Shown here: in pieces, positions 19,001 through 28,097 of the stretch
Numbering within the stretch: position 1 is the first letter of the stretch
How the letters are laid out: each line of letters begins with the position of its first letter
DNA from: a virus
Taxonomy: Duplodnaviria > Caudoviricetes
Reading direction: 5' to 3' (one strand)
Length of the DNA: 64,000 bases
IMG/VR virus record: IMGVR_UViG_3300033074_001257
Coordinates: 21,405-85,404 of that record
Notes under the pieces: model-generated
Database searches by the model: none
Told to the model about the DNA's origin: nothing
Seen by the model: only the letters and a program-made list of their open reading frames with translations
Position numbers and translations under genes: made by a program

Positions 19001-22000
19001 TCAAACATCGACGCGGGTGTCGATGCCCTGCGGCGCGTAGCCAACACGCAAAACCTGATGCAGAGCGATTGGTCACAGTGGGTTGACGTCAACACGACCA
19101 CGCTACGCGAGGACACTACCGGCAAGGATGAGGTTTCTGACACTCGTGTCCTGGGCAACAAAAACTCCATCGTAACCACAACGTCCGTCACGTCGCAATC
19201 GCGTTCACGAACCACAACTACCATTGACTCGCGCACAGAAAAGTTCAGTGTGGACGACGTGGTGAAAGACGTGAAGATGATCCCCTATATGCGTGAGGCA
19301 GTGATTCGCTTTGCAGCCACGCACATGAAACCGCGATCGCAAGTCCACGCATTTTTCGATGGCGTCAATGTCGATCAATACTGCCGCCCGCTGGCACAAG
19401 TTCCAAGCGGTGACCCAAGGTTGGCCATTGTCGGTTTGTCGCCGCTTGTCGTTGACGATAACGGTGAAGTCGTGGGCGAGTTCCATTTGCCCAACGGCGT
19501 GTTCTTCACCGGCGATCGCAAGTTCGTACTGATCGACAGTGAAAGTTTAACCGACGACACCAGCGCACACACGACATATGCCGAATCAGTTTACTTTGGC
19601 GGCGGCATTGCGCAAACAAAACAAAGTTCAACCCTGAACATCGTGACGCCGCTTGCGGTTCAGACGACTTACACAGACAACCGCACCGTGACCAAAGTCA
19701 CCCGTGAACAAACCGTGGCGCTGCCGGTTACAGTGGTGATGCCGCCCGCTGCTGAAGTCAAAGCCGCACCCGTTGCGCCGCCACCCGCGCCCGTTCCTGC
19801 GACGGTGGTTGTTCCAGTACCGCCCCCGCCCGCACAAGATCCACAAGCCCCGCTGTGGGCTAACCTGGGTCCGTCGCAGAAGAAATACGAGAACGGCAGA
19901 TGGGGAGTTTACTTCAACGGCGACTTCACGATGAGCGAACGCGAGTTCAAGTCACTTGAAGAAGGTGAATTCGACGCCTATGTTCAAACAAACGGCGAAG
20001 CGTTCTACAATCTGCGGTTTGGTTACTTCATCGCCGGTCGCGAAGATACCCAAAACGGTCGAGTGCGACGCAACAAGGTCGGTGACGATACTTGGTCGGT
20101 TAAAATCTCAGGCCCGCGACGGAACATGTACACTTATATCTCAGGCGCACCCACCCCAACTGCCGATTGGCTTGATGTGATCCAAAACGGCGCCAGCTGT
20201 CGCATCAAGCAAGCAGGTTCACCGTCTGAGAACTTCAGCACTTGGTATGAGAGCGGTCGCAAGGTGAACAACGCTTTCGCAAACATGGTACGCGAGGGCA
20301 ACGCGCCGTTCTGGGTCTGGATCCAGCCTGACTTGTTGACAATGTCCGTCAACCTTAGCAACGGGTTCCGCGGACTCCGCTCAAGTGACCCGCTGGCACA
20401 AGCCTTCAAAGTAGACGAGTCGTGTTTCGTCACGCGAATTGATCTGTATTTCGCGTCGGTTGATACTGTCACGGGCGATAACGTGTGGGTTGAGATTCGC
20501 GACATGGTGAACGGCTACCCGAGCAACAACGCACTTGCACGCAAAGTCTACAGCCCAAATATCCTGGCGAACTCGGTGAGCACAGACGGACGCACTGCAT
20601 TCCCTGTGGTCTTTGACATCCCCGTCTTTGTCGACAAATCAAAATCGTATTGCTTTGTGGTGGGCGGCCACAGTCCAGATACCAGACTCTTCGTGTCGCG
20701 CCTGGGCGATAAGATCTTGGGCGGCAACGGCAAAGTGGTTGAGGAACCGCCCCTGTTGTGGACGTCGTTTCGCTCACTGAACGGCGAGACTTGGACAGCC
20801 GAACAACTTGAATTCATCAAGCACACCCTGTACCAAGCACACTTCAAGTCGTTGACCACGAAGTTCACTTTTGAGAACGCAGGAACAGACGACGTTCTGC
20901 TGCCAGAAGATCCGATTGAATTTGAGCTTGGGACAAGTAAGGTTCGCGTGACCATTCCAGACCATGGGCTCAAAGTCAACGACACGTTCAAACTGAGTGT
21001 GTGTGACCGCCTGTCGTTCAATGTTCAGAACACCAACGACACGCCGCCACAGATCGGTCACATCTTCAAGACAGTACACGGCAACGGCACAGTTCACACC
21101 GTTGAGCGCGTGGGCGTGAGCGGCGTCTATAAGATCACACTCACGAACGTAGTGGGCACGATTAACGCCGGCACCGCGTACCAGTGCGATGCCACATACC
21201 GTGACCTGAACGACGACTTGCTTGACGTGCTGAACATCAACAAACCGCGGACGCTGCTTCTGGGTGAATCGCTGGGCACGGTCACGACATCCATCTACGA
21301 CAGTCTGTTGACCGGTGAGAAGATTGGCGGCGCCACGCTGGACAAGTTCAACACCACGCACCAAGTGAAATGGGTGGACAGTCCAGACTCGGTTATCGTT
21401 GAAGTGGACTACACATTCAACGACGCCGCAGCACCCAACAAGGTGGGCGGTAAAGTGACCCGCGTGAAGGACGTGGCCCGCAAATACGACACATTCAACG
21501 TCTCGTGCGAGCACCTGGCTTACAACACGACGTCGGCTTTGACCATGGTCGGCTACAATGCCGCAACCGTGCAAGCGACAGCGCCACAGCCGATCTCACT
21601 CAACACAAACCACAACCTGCCGGCACCCAACGTCGTGTACAGCAACGGCGGTGAAGTGGCAGCGATCGGCACCAACAAGTCGCTCACCGTCACGATGGAG
21701 TTTGCGTCGCAATCCAACCTGCTTTCGCCGGTAATCAATTGCGACACCGTATCCGCGACGCTGGTGTCAAATCGCTGCTATCCTTTCACGCCAGACAAGA
21801 TGAACGTCGCACCCAACGCTGCCAACCGCTTTGTTCCGCAAAGCGCAAACAACGCAAGCGGCAACCACAAATACTTCACGAACGACGTTCTGCTGAACAA
21901 CCCCGCAAGCGACCTCAAAATCTATTGCGACGTGTACAAAGATGTTGATGCTGACTTTGACATCTACGTGAAGGTCGCTGCGGCCGGTGATTTGAACTAC

Positions 22001-22207
22001 AGCAGCAAACCGTGGATCAAGCTGCCCACCAACAAAATCAACAGCAGGCACTTGAATGACTTCAACGAGTACACACTGTCGCTGAACAGTGCAAGCGGAT
22101 ACACGCCCATCGAATTCAACTGGTTCAAGGTCAAGTTCGTGAGCCACGCACTGAATTCAAGCAAACCCGTCATTGTCAAGAACCTGAGGTGTGTTGCGGT
22201 GACCTGA
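16004..22207 (+). CDS. Large tail/baseplate-associated protein (DUF4815/VrlC-like), about 2067 aa
   Basis: N-terminal PYFDD....NY.KILF..G.AIQARELNQIQS, PGADR, DPLAQ.F and C-terminal F..F.VK.V....V.NLR.VA motifs of this family. GTG start at 16004 after GGAGAG. Confidence 0.8.
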   Translation: MEFNSAPYFDDHDFTKNYKKILFKAGAAIQARELNQIQSIFQSEIGTFADHMFKNGSKISNCRTAFTRKSYVRVEANDIDGNAIIEPQGIIRVFGVTSKVEATYSGFARASDSDPDTLFVQYTKAGGDNGDVKTFLHGEHLQICDEFGNILYTWTVRCPTCVNSTSVGEISPTGETMFYTIDEGVIYYNQMFIAVKRQEIIITKYMTFDANNIPLEPRSFKVGLDFIDSVVTVAQDESLYDNSLGWPNEGAPGADRYFVELKLVQRSYDDDDGERFILLAKVQPNYRVTFSREDVEYGNIMREMARRTYETNGNFTVAPFTATFLEARKRHESDSLGYMLNGREDQIVAEVNPGIAYVSGYRVSESDKVAIMIDKARDTAKRRHQTTRLMPFRYIEVDVVSNDLLVSGAASNDILDQTLLTAYDNYDTATNQPSGNVVGTLKVIDQQRLNSNRFALYLYEINMNAGKQISDIRGVKTSNNRFVAKAILTDGKCVLNNADKDSLLYSMGSDLVVKSQRSIDDSTRGSIQVQLRRKYKGTADAAGVITFTSTPLESFQAHNDSNNFLNVDGVTVALTPSQISVVDNTLMITGLTPHATVVYHATVEKYNQTEKTKTLVTSTVTFPYDDTKNIGDAINLQKADVFKIKSISLIEDNNVNFVPIDVMDQFKHVRGDTPFYYGVDTLQRVKTHGPLTGSFSLRVTFDYFDHSGAQGYFTIDSYMSLVEQNIITYSELMEYVIFQNDQFKADVTFVDFRPLYINGQFTSVSVPLQGSSFVSDIEYYLGRADLMQITKDQKITVKRGVPAINPTPPVVDEGAMALYEIYLGAFTFSAANSVRTKFIDNRRFTMKQIAAFDNRISKLEYYTALNALESDTVNMSITDENGLNRYKNGFIVDGFKNFQACDITYSEYASCIDRERGEMRPPFAMYHQPMALNAQKSQNIRVFGGIALGDYDEVEFSGNPYATKTVSINPYLVPVRKGTLVLTPNVDTWSDTQKLPHIVSNIDAGVDALRRVANTQNLMQSDWSQWVDVNTTTLREDTTGKDEVSDTRVLGNKNSIVTTTSVTSQSRSRTTTTIDSRTEKFSVDDVVKDVKMIPYMREAVIRFAATHMKPRSQVHAFFDGVNVDQYCRPLAQVPSGDPRLAIVGLSPLVVDDNGEVVGEFHLPNGVFFTGDRKFVLIDSESLTDDTSAHTTYAESVYFGGGIAQTKQSSTLNIVTPLAVQTTYTDNRTVTKVTREQTVALPVTVVMPPAAEVKAAPVAPPPAPVPATVVVPVPPPPAQDPQAPLWANLGPSQKKYENGRWGVYFNGDFTMSEREFKSLEEGEFDAYVQTNGEAFYNLRFGYFIAGREDTQNGRVRRNKVGDDTWSVKISGPRRNMYTYISGAPTPTADWLDVIQNGASCRIKQAGSPSENFSTWYESGRKVNNAFANMVREGNAPFWVWIQPDLLTMSVNLSNGFRGLRSSDPLAQAFKVDESCFVTRIDLYFASVDTVTGDNVWVEIRDMVNGYPSNNALARKVYSPNILANSVSTDGRTAFPVVFDIPVFVDKSKSYCFVVGGHSPDTRLFVSRLGDKILGGNGKVVEEPPLLWTSFRSLNGETWTAEQLEFIKHTLYQAHFKSLTTKFTFENAGTDDVLLPEDPIEFELGTSKVRVTIPDHGLKVNDTFKLSVCDRLSFNVQNTNDTPPQIGHIFKTVHGNGTVHTVERVGVSGVYKITLTNVVGTINAGTAYQCDATYRDLNDDLLDVLNINKPRTLLLGESLGTVTTSIYDSLLTGEKIGGATLDKFNTTHQVKWVDSPDSVIVEVDYTFNDAAAPNKVGGKVTRVKDVARKYDTFNVSCEHLAYNTTSALTMVGYNAATVQATAPQPISLNTNHNLPAPNVVYSNGGEVAAIGTNKSLTVTMEFASQSNLLSPVINCDTVSATLVSNRCYPFTPDKMNVAPNAANRFVPQSANNASGNHKYFTNDVLLNNPASDLKIYCDVYKDVDADFDIYVKVAAAGDLNYSSKPWIKLPTNKINSRHLNDFNEYTLSLNSASGYTPIEFNWFKVKFVSHALNSSKPVIVKNLRCVAVT

Positions 22208-22503
22208 TATCCACAGCACAAGCCAGCAACTTACAACAGGGTGACAGATGTTGCCCTTTTGTTTGGCTGTGCTTGCAATTGCCCAAAGCCAATCTCACGC
22301 GCACAGCGGCGCATCAAAGCGAATTGTGGTAACAATGCACCACCGACGACAGTGATGCGCCTTAAACGCCACGAGATTGCCAGCAATCTACCCTGAGCAC
22401 GCTCACGTGGCGTGTGTTTTCACCCAGCAGCAGCGCGACTGCTCAAAAACGCTGTCTCAAGGGTGCTAAACTACCTCACACAATTGAAGGGTAGAGGTTT
22501 CAC

Positions 22504-22974
22504 ATGTTCTCATTCACCGGAATGATGATTCTGCAATTCTTGATTGCCGTCACCGGGGTCTTCGCTTTGTGGTGCACCACAACCGAACGTCGCGGCTGGC
22601 GAGTGGCAGCGCCGGTGTCGGGTCTAACCAGTCAATTTTTCTGGGTTTGCAGCCTGTGGGGAACCGATCAGTACGGTCTGATGGTCATTTGCTTTGCTTA
22701 CACATCCATTTGGATCTACGACGCCTATAGCCTCTACACTTCACTGAAAGAAAGTGCCGTGTACGATCAAATCATTCACGAGCGTCACAACGAAGCCAAC
22801 CGAATTTTGAATGAGTATCGTGCAGTGAACGGCGAACCGCCCCTGCACTTCATGTTGGGTCTCAATCTTTTTGTAGATGGATCGCTCAACGGCGACGAGT
22901 TCCTGCGGATGCTGAATGATCCCAACTACGCGACCGCCTATATGCTCGACCGCGTGGCAAGTGACTCAGTTTGA
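22504..22974 (+). CDS. Hypothetical membrane protein (about 3 TM helices)
   Basis: Hydrophobic N-terminal half; GGTAGAGG upstream. Confidence 0.6.
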   Translation: MFSFTGMMILQFLIAVTGVFALWCTTTERRGWRVAAPVSGLTSQFFWVCSLWGTDQYGLMVICFAYTSIWIYDAYSLYTSLKESAVYDQIIHERHNEANRILNEYRAVNGEPPLHFMLGLNLFVDGSLNGDEFLRMLNDPNYATAYMLDRVASDSV

Positions 22975-23427
22975 TGGGCTGTAGCGTGATTTTAGGTCAT
23001 TCACTGTCACTTCGTCGCAGTCAACCAACGTGTGAAGCTTCACATGCGTGTGGTGACATCGAAAGTTCATAATCTTGTTCAAAAAGACTTGCGGTTGCTC
23101 AAGCACTCGCAAGTCCATTTGCAGCCGCGTCTCAATGTAGTTTGATTGCCCTTTGCAGCTCGTGATGTACAAGATCGTTTTCTTAATCGCGGCGCCGCCC
23201 TTGACTTTCTCTTTGATGATTTCACTTGAACTGATGTAATTCTTCCAGTCGCTTTCACACTTGACCTTTTTAGCGACTTTGTTCTTGGTCACTGTCTTGG
23301 TGCCGTAGAATAATTTCTGACCCACATACAGCAAACCCTCGCACTCAATCAAGTACACGAAACCAAAGGCACCTTTGTACTGTGCAAGCTGTTCGCTCGT
23401 GAACGGTTGACCCTTAAATGACCACAT
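22966..23427 (-). CDS. GIY-YIG-like protein of the type found in T4-like phages
   Basis: GFVYLI.....YVGQK, ESDWKNY.SSS, KG..NY.E. Confidence 0.7.
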   Translation of the reverse strand: MWSFKGQPFTSEQLAQYKGAFGFVYLIECEGLLYVGQKLFYGTKTVTKNKVAKKVKCESDWKNYISSSEIIKEKVKGGAAIKKTILYITSCKGQSNYIETRLQMDLRVLEQPQVFLNKIMNFRCHHTHVKLHTLVDCDEVTVNDLKSRYSPSN

Positions 23428-23437
23428 TGTGAAATCC

Positions 23438-24403
23438 TTACTTGAAACGGTTGATTACTTCGTTGCTGTCGCTGGACACGGCATACTTGTAAGCAAAGGT
23501 CACCGATTGGTTTAGAAACTGGTTGTCCCCGCTTGCCGTGAGCTCAAGTGCCGACACATTAACAGGAAACGCCTCAATAAGCACGAGTCGATAAACGCCG
23601 CGCCCAGAAACATCTTCGATCAAAACTTCGATGTCACTGACGTACTCGTCATAGAAGTTCGCGGTGCCGTTGCTTTGGTTGAAGCAGATGTTCTGCCACA
23701 AGTCAAAGTATTTGCGAACGTCAACTTGACCGTTCATGAAAAACGAGACAGTGACGAGTTCATACTCAATCGCACCGCCCACAATCTTGAATGTCAGGTT
23801 GTTGTATTTCTGGCTCATGGTGGGCAGTGCCTTTGCCGGTACCATCAGCGTGTGAGCTTTCATTGAGACTGCTCGCTTGTCGTTGAACTGCTTTTCAATT
23901 TGCTTTGTTTTTGACACGCGAGAATCCATCACCCCAAGCGGCGCTTTGATCCCCTTGGGCAAGTGGAAATTGATCTCATAGCGGTTGGGTCGCGCCACGC
24001 CACTGACGAGCGTGTTCATGAGCTCGTGGATGTTTGCTTTGCCGGTTGTCTTAAAGGGGTCAGTTGATCTTGTGCCCAGCCCATTCAGTAGATTTGAGAG
24101 GTTCACGATGGAGCCGTTTGTTAGCGCGTCCAGCGCACCCATCACCCCGCCTTCCTTGTACCCCGACACAACCCCACGAACAGTGCCCACGACATCACCC
24201 ACCGCACTTGACAGGTCGTCAATGCGCTGGAACTCGCGATCAATGTCGTCGCTGATTTGCGTGGCTTTGTCGCCAATCTTGGTCACTTCATCGGCAACAC
24301 GTTCAATCTCGCGATTGATCTTGTCGTTGAACGCGCCAATCTTGCCCGTCAGACTGCCCACCTTGCCCTCAAGTTTATCTAAGAAACTCATCTTGTGCTC
24401 CAT
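23438..24403 (-). CDS. Tail tube initiator (T4 gp54-like) with an N-terminal helical extension
   Basis: C-terminal two thirds are tube-fold-like: GVARPNRYEI.F, VR.YF.LWQ, YD.Y...I, L.EAFP..V...L......V.F.Y. Confidence 0.7.
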   Translation of the reverse strand: MEHKMSFLDKLEGKVGSLTGKIGAFNDKINREIERVADEVTKIGDKATQISDDIDREFQRIDDLSSAVGDVVGTVRGVVSGYKEGGVMGALDALTNGSIVNLSNLLNGLGTRSTDPFKTTGKANIHELMNTLVSGVARPNRYEINFHLPKGIKAPLGVMDSRVSKTKQIEKQFNDKRAVSMKAHTLMVPAKALPTMSQKYNNLTFKIVGGAIEYELVTVSFFMNGQVDVRKYFDLWQNICFNQSNGTANFYDEYVSDIEVLIEDVSGRGVYRLVLIEAFPVNVSALELTASGDNQFLNQSVTFAYKYAVSSDSNEVINRFK

Positions 24404-24936
24404 ACCGTGTTTTCTTTTACTTTCTTGAAGTTCTGTAGCGGCATTTCGCTAACAGCCTTCCAGTGATCTTGACCAATCACTGCGATCTTGCTTCGAAGCT
24501 GCTCAGGGAGGTAGTTTCTAAAGTAGGGCGCGAAGGGTGTGTGCTGCGATAGCATGTTCAGCACCGGCGCGATCTTTTGGATGTACAGGAGCTGGTTGTC
24601 GCCGCTTGCGAGCTTCGCCTTCAGTAAACGCTCCATGATCTTTTTGCGGATGCTGGGTCTGATGTAGTGGAGATTGATTCCGTAGAAGTGGGTTCGCTTC
24701 ACCGACAGGACAAGGACAAGCGGCAGGGTGTCGTATACCGGCAAAGTCTCTTTATACTTTGGGTCGTAGCGAAAGGCTACGAGTTCACCTAAAGGCGGAT
24801 ACTTCAGCGCCTGTGCTTCAACTACGCCATCGGGAACCGGTGTGCCGTGCAAGCGCGATTCAAAGATTCGCTTGAAGAACTGTTCGCCGGCTGACTCGTC
24901 GATGGGCCGTGGTTTGACGTTATACTGCGAGATCAT
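24388..24936 (-). CDS. DNA end protector (T4 gp2-like)
   Basis: F.YDPK.K.TLP.YD..PLV, F.GINLHY..P..R, W..V...P...F.K. Confidence 0.85.
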   Translation of the reverse strand: MISQYNVKPRPIDESAGEQFFKRIFESRLHGTPVPDGVVEAQALKYPPLGELVAFRYDPKYKETLPVYDTLPLVLVLSVKRTHFYGINLHYIRPSIRKKIMERLLKAKLASGDNQLLYIQKIAPVLNMLSQHTPFAPYFRNYLPEQLRSKIAVIGQDHWKAVSEMPLQNFKKVKENTVWSTR

Positions 24937-25409
24937 TTTTTACCTCCCTTAGGTATGGGCTTCAATCCAAGATCATATTCGTCGAATATCAGAAACTCCA
25001 TGCCCCGTGCTTGCGCGTAGTCCCATGCGGCTTCCCACTTATCTAAATTCACCTGATACGCGAGCTTCTCTTTCAAGTACGACTGCTCGCTTTTGCGTCG
25101 CCCTAGCTTTGGGGCCACTGTTTGGCAGTAGGGCTTGATCTCAATCAGTGCCTTTTTGATCGACCCGTTGGCGGACCTGTATTCAATATAAAAGTCGATG
25201 TGGTAATTGCGCCACTTGGCTTCGCTTTTGCTGTAGTAGGGCACCACGAAGTCCTCGCTGTTCCATTTGATGACCGACGGCTCATTGTCACACCAGTGCA
25301 TCATTTTGACTTCCCACATGCTCCGGGCGTAAATGTTGTGGGTGGTGCCGAAATACTTTTGTGGGTTCTTGGGTCTGAACTGACGCACCTTTGGGAACTT
25401 TTTAATCAT
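24933..25409 (-). CDS. Head completion nuclease (T4 gp4-like)
   Basis: F.PKNP.KY.G....I..RS.WE...M.WCD....V.KW.SE...PY, Y..DF, LIEIKP..QT..P, VN..KW.AA. Confidence 0.88.
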   Translation of the reverse strand: MIKKFPKVRQFRPKNPQKYFGTTHNIYARSMWEVKMMHWCDNEPSVIKWNSEDFVVPYYSKSEAKWRNYHIDFYIEYRSANGSIKKALIEIKPYCQTVAPKLGRRKSEQSYLKEKLAYQVNLDKWEAAWDYAQARGMEFLIFDEYDLGLKPIPKGGKK

Positions 25410-25462
25410 CTTTTTACCCAGTTTGACCTTAAATATCAGACACAATACTTAGGAAAATCGCA

Positions 25463-26380
25463 ATGATTTTTATGGATAGAGTCAAATCAGCAGCAGGTTC
25501 ACTCGTTGAAAAGCTGGGCTTTGGCCAAAGCGGTAGCACCGCGCCGTCCGCCGCTGAAGTCAAGGGCGCGGCTGTTAGCAACGCAAACGACGGCGCATCG
25601 CTTCAGTATCCACCCAACTTGTCAAACGGCAACGTGAACCCAGCCTACATTCGCATCTCTTTCGTTGAACGCTGTAGCGGGTCAAAAGACGTCACGACGG
25701 AGGGCAACAAGCCGCGCATCCTAAAGACCATTCGACTGCCGATGCCAGACGACATCACGATCCCAAATACCGTGACGTTTGACACCGAAGGCATCGGCTT
25801 GTCGGGTAATGCAATCACGGGCATTCAAGTGGGTGCAGACGGCAACGTGACCATGGGTGGACAAACTGCCGGCCAGCTAAGCGATGAAGTCATGATGACC
25901 ATGGCCAATAATCTCCACTACGGCCTGAAGTCAAAGTTCGTGCAAACTATGGGCGGCAACGTTTCAGCAGCCAGCCTCATGAGCTATGAAAAGGGCTTTG
26001 TACGCAACCCGTACCTGACGAACATCTTCAAGGGTGCCGGTTTGCGCACGTTCTCATTCACTTTCAACTTGGTGGCCTTTAGTGAAAAAGACACCCAAAC
26101 CATCAACGAAATTGTGAAGGCGCTGCGGGCCAACTCGCTGCCGCTCATTGGTCAAAACATGCTGTTCATGAAAGCGCCGCCGTGTGTTGAAGTGATGTTC
26201 TTCTTTAACGGCAAGACAAATCCCTTCTACCCGAAGATCACAAACGCCAACCTTGACAACCTACAGATCCAGTACCCATCAACCCAGTTCCGCACGGGGG
26301 CGCCGCTTTCAGTTCAGATCACGATGTCCATCACCGAAAACGACCTCGTGTTGTCGCAAAAAGTGGCGGAGGGCTACTAA
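25463..26380 (+). CDS. Baseplate tail tube cap (T4 gp48-like)
   Basis: L.YP, I.LPMP, NPY...F.G...R.F.F.F.L...S.K. Confidence 0.75.
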   Translation: MIFMDRVKSAAGSLVEKLGFGQSGSTAPSAAEVKGAAVSNANDGASLQYPPNLSNGNVNPAYIRISFVERCSGSKDVTTEGNKPRILKTIRLPMPDDITIPNTVTFDTEGIGLSGNAITGIQVGADGNVTMGGQTAGQLSDEVMMTMANNLHYGLKSKFVQTMGGNVSAASLMSYEKGFVRNPYLTNIFKGAGLRTFSFTFNLVAFSEKDTQTINEIVKALRANSLPLIGQNMLFMKAPPCVEVMFFFNGKTNPFYPKITNANLDNLQIQYPSTQFRTGAPLSVQITMSITENDLVLSQKVAEGY

Positions 26381-26381
26381 G

Positions 26382-26915
26382 ATGGACATTCTTTACCCGA
26401 AAAAGAAATTGCTGCTAGACGACGTCACCTACACGAACATCTTTCGCATCGTCGATCTGTCGCGCATCGTTCGACCTGAGAACTTGATTGTTTTTGAGCT
26501 CAGCGGCGAAACGCCCATGAAGCTCGCACTTGACTTGTACGGCAATTCAAAATACTTCTGGGTCAATTGCTTGATTAACGGCGTGGTGAATTACCACACC
26601 GACTGGTACATGGGCCAGCAGAAGCTCGAGCGGTTCTGTCGCTACAAATACGGCGATCACCAGTTTGACCCCTATCGGTTCTTGAACACGAATACGAAAC
26701 AGTACGTCACGGATAGCGAAGATAAGATCCTGCGCCAACGCTTGCAAAACAATCAAGCCCTGCCCAACAACATCAGAATCGTGACCTATTCAGATTATGA
26801 GTTCCACAAGAACGAAGCGCGGCGAACCATCTACATCCTGCCACCTGACTTGCTGATGAACTTTTTGAAGGCGTATGAGAAGTCAAATACCCTGACTTTG
26901 AATGGAGGTGCCTAA
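26382..26915 (+). CDS. Baseplate wedge protein (T4 gp53-like)
   Basis: TNIF, GETP..LA..LYG...YFWV..L.N, E...N...R.I.IL. Confidence 0.8.
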   Translation: MDILYPKKKLLLDDVTYTNIFRIVDLSRIVRPENLIVFELSGETPMKLALDLYGNSKYFWVNCLINGVVNYHTDWYMGQQKLERFCRYKYGDHQFDPYRFLNTNTKQYVTDSEDKILRQRLQNNQALPNNIRIVTYSDYEFHKNEARRTIYILPPDLLMNFLKAYEKSNTLTLNGGA

Positions 26916-28091
26916 ATGCGCGGCCTGCTTCAAGACTTGCGTGTGACGATTGACGGCGAACACCACATCACGCTTCACGTCGTCAACATCGAATTCTTTC
27001 AAACGATAACCACGCCCGTGTTCAGCGGCACCCTAACGATCATGGATTCAACCGACCTCATCAACACCATCAAGCTGCGAAAGGGCAGCAAGGTTGAGAT
27101 CTTCTTCACAAAAGAACACGTCGACATCAAAGGCTACAAAGACGTCTCGGTTCAGTTTGTTGTGTACAAGGTGGGCAACAAGGTTCAAGTGACCCAGCAA
27201 AGCTACCTCTACACAGTGCACGTGGCGTCAAGCGCATTCATCGACAACGCCACGACGCGACTTATCAAATCACTGAAGAACGAAGGCACGGCTGCCGTTG
27301 CAGAAATCGTCAAAGAGTCGTTTAGCGGATACACACTCGTCTGTGAAAAACAAAGCACAAGCAAAGTCCACATCAACGTGAGCAACAAATCGCCTTTCAT
27401 AGCCATCGGTGAAGTCCTGCGCCACACGCACTACAACGGAGTCGCCGATTATCTGTTCTACCAAAGCGACAACAACGAATTCACCTGTATCAGTATGCAA
27501 ACGATGCTTGAGCGAGACAGCGGCATCACGTTCATGCAACTGCCCAACGGCACCACAGCCTCGCGATACCCATACAACATCCTGGATTTCAAGATTGACC
27601 ACTTTGACGGCGCGTTGAACTTGTCACAGGGCTTCTATGAAAATACGGTGATGGTTTATGACGCTGTCAATAAGAAATTCACCTCAACTGTAAGCAAGAA
27701 CGACACAGACAACAAATCACTCTCTGATGGTGAGGTGTTCAAAAACCAAAAGAACGCAAACATTTCACGGCACGCTGTCAACGACGCATATCAAAACAAA
27801 GACGTCACCGCGTGGGGCAGCTCGCGCAAGATGTCATTGCTTCGCCTTGAACAAGAAAAGGTCATTTTGCAGTGTGAGGGCACAGCCGAAATATTCTCAA
27901 AGATTGGCTGTGCTGCTGATCTACTGCTGCCAAACCCAAACCACGACGATGATCTGAACATCTACCCACACGACAGAAAACGCAGTGGGAAATACATCAT
28001 CACCGGCATTAAACACAATCTGAACGCCCAGCGATATTTGGTGACGGTTGAGCTTGTCAAACGGGCGTTTGAACCTATCCAAAGCGAGTGA
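26916..28091 (+). CDS. Putative baseplate hub protein
   Basis: I.FFQ.I..P..SG.L.I.DS, YLFYQ, SGKY.IT.I.H; lies between gp53 and gp5. Confidence 0.6.
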   Translation: MRGLLQDLRVTIDGEHHITLHVVNIEFFQTITTPVFSGTLTIMDSTDLINTIKLRKGSKVEIFFTKEHVDIKGYKDVSVQFVVYKVGNKVQVTQQSYLYTVHVASSAFIDNATTRLIKSLKNEGTAAVAEIVKESFSGYTLVCEKQSTSKVHINVSNKSPFIAIGEVLRHTHYNGVADYLFYQSDNNEFTCISMQTMLERDSGITFMQLPNGTTASRYPYNILDFKIDHFDGALNLSQGFYENTVMVYDAVNKKFTSTVSKNDTDNKSLSDGEVFKNQKNANISRHAVNDAYQNKDVTAWGSSRKMSLLRLEQEKVILQCEGTAEIFSKIGCAADLLLPNPNHDDDLNIYPHDRKRSGKYIITGIKHNLNAQRYLVTVELVKRAFEPIQSE

Positions 28092-28097
28092 CAACAC

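Noticed and set aside
20774-21574. 266-aa minus-strand ORF and similar long antisense ORFs across the structural region
   Set aside because: Shadows of well-supported genes, expected from codon bias.
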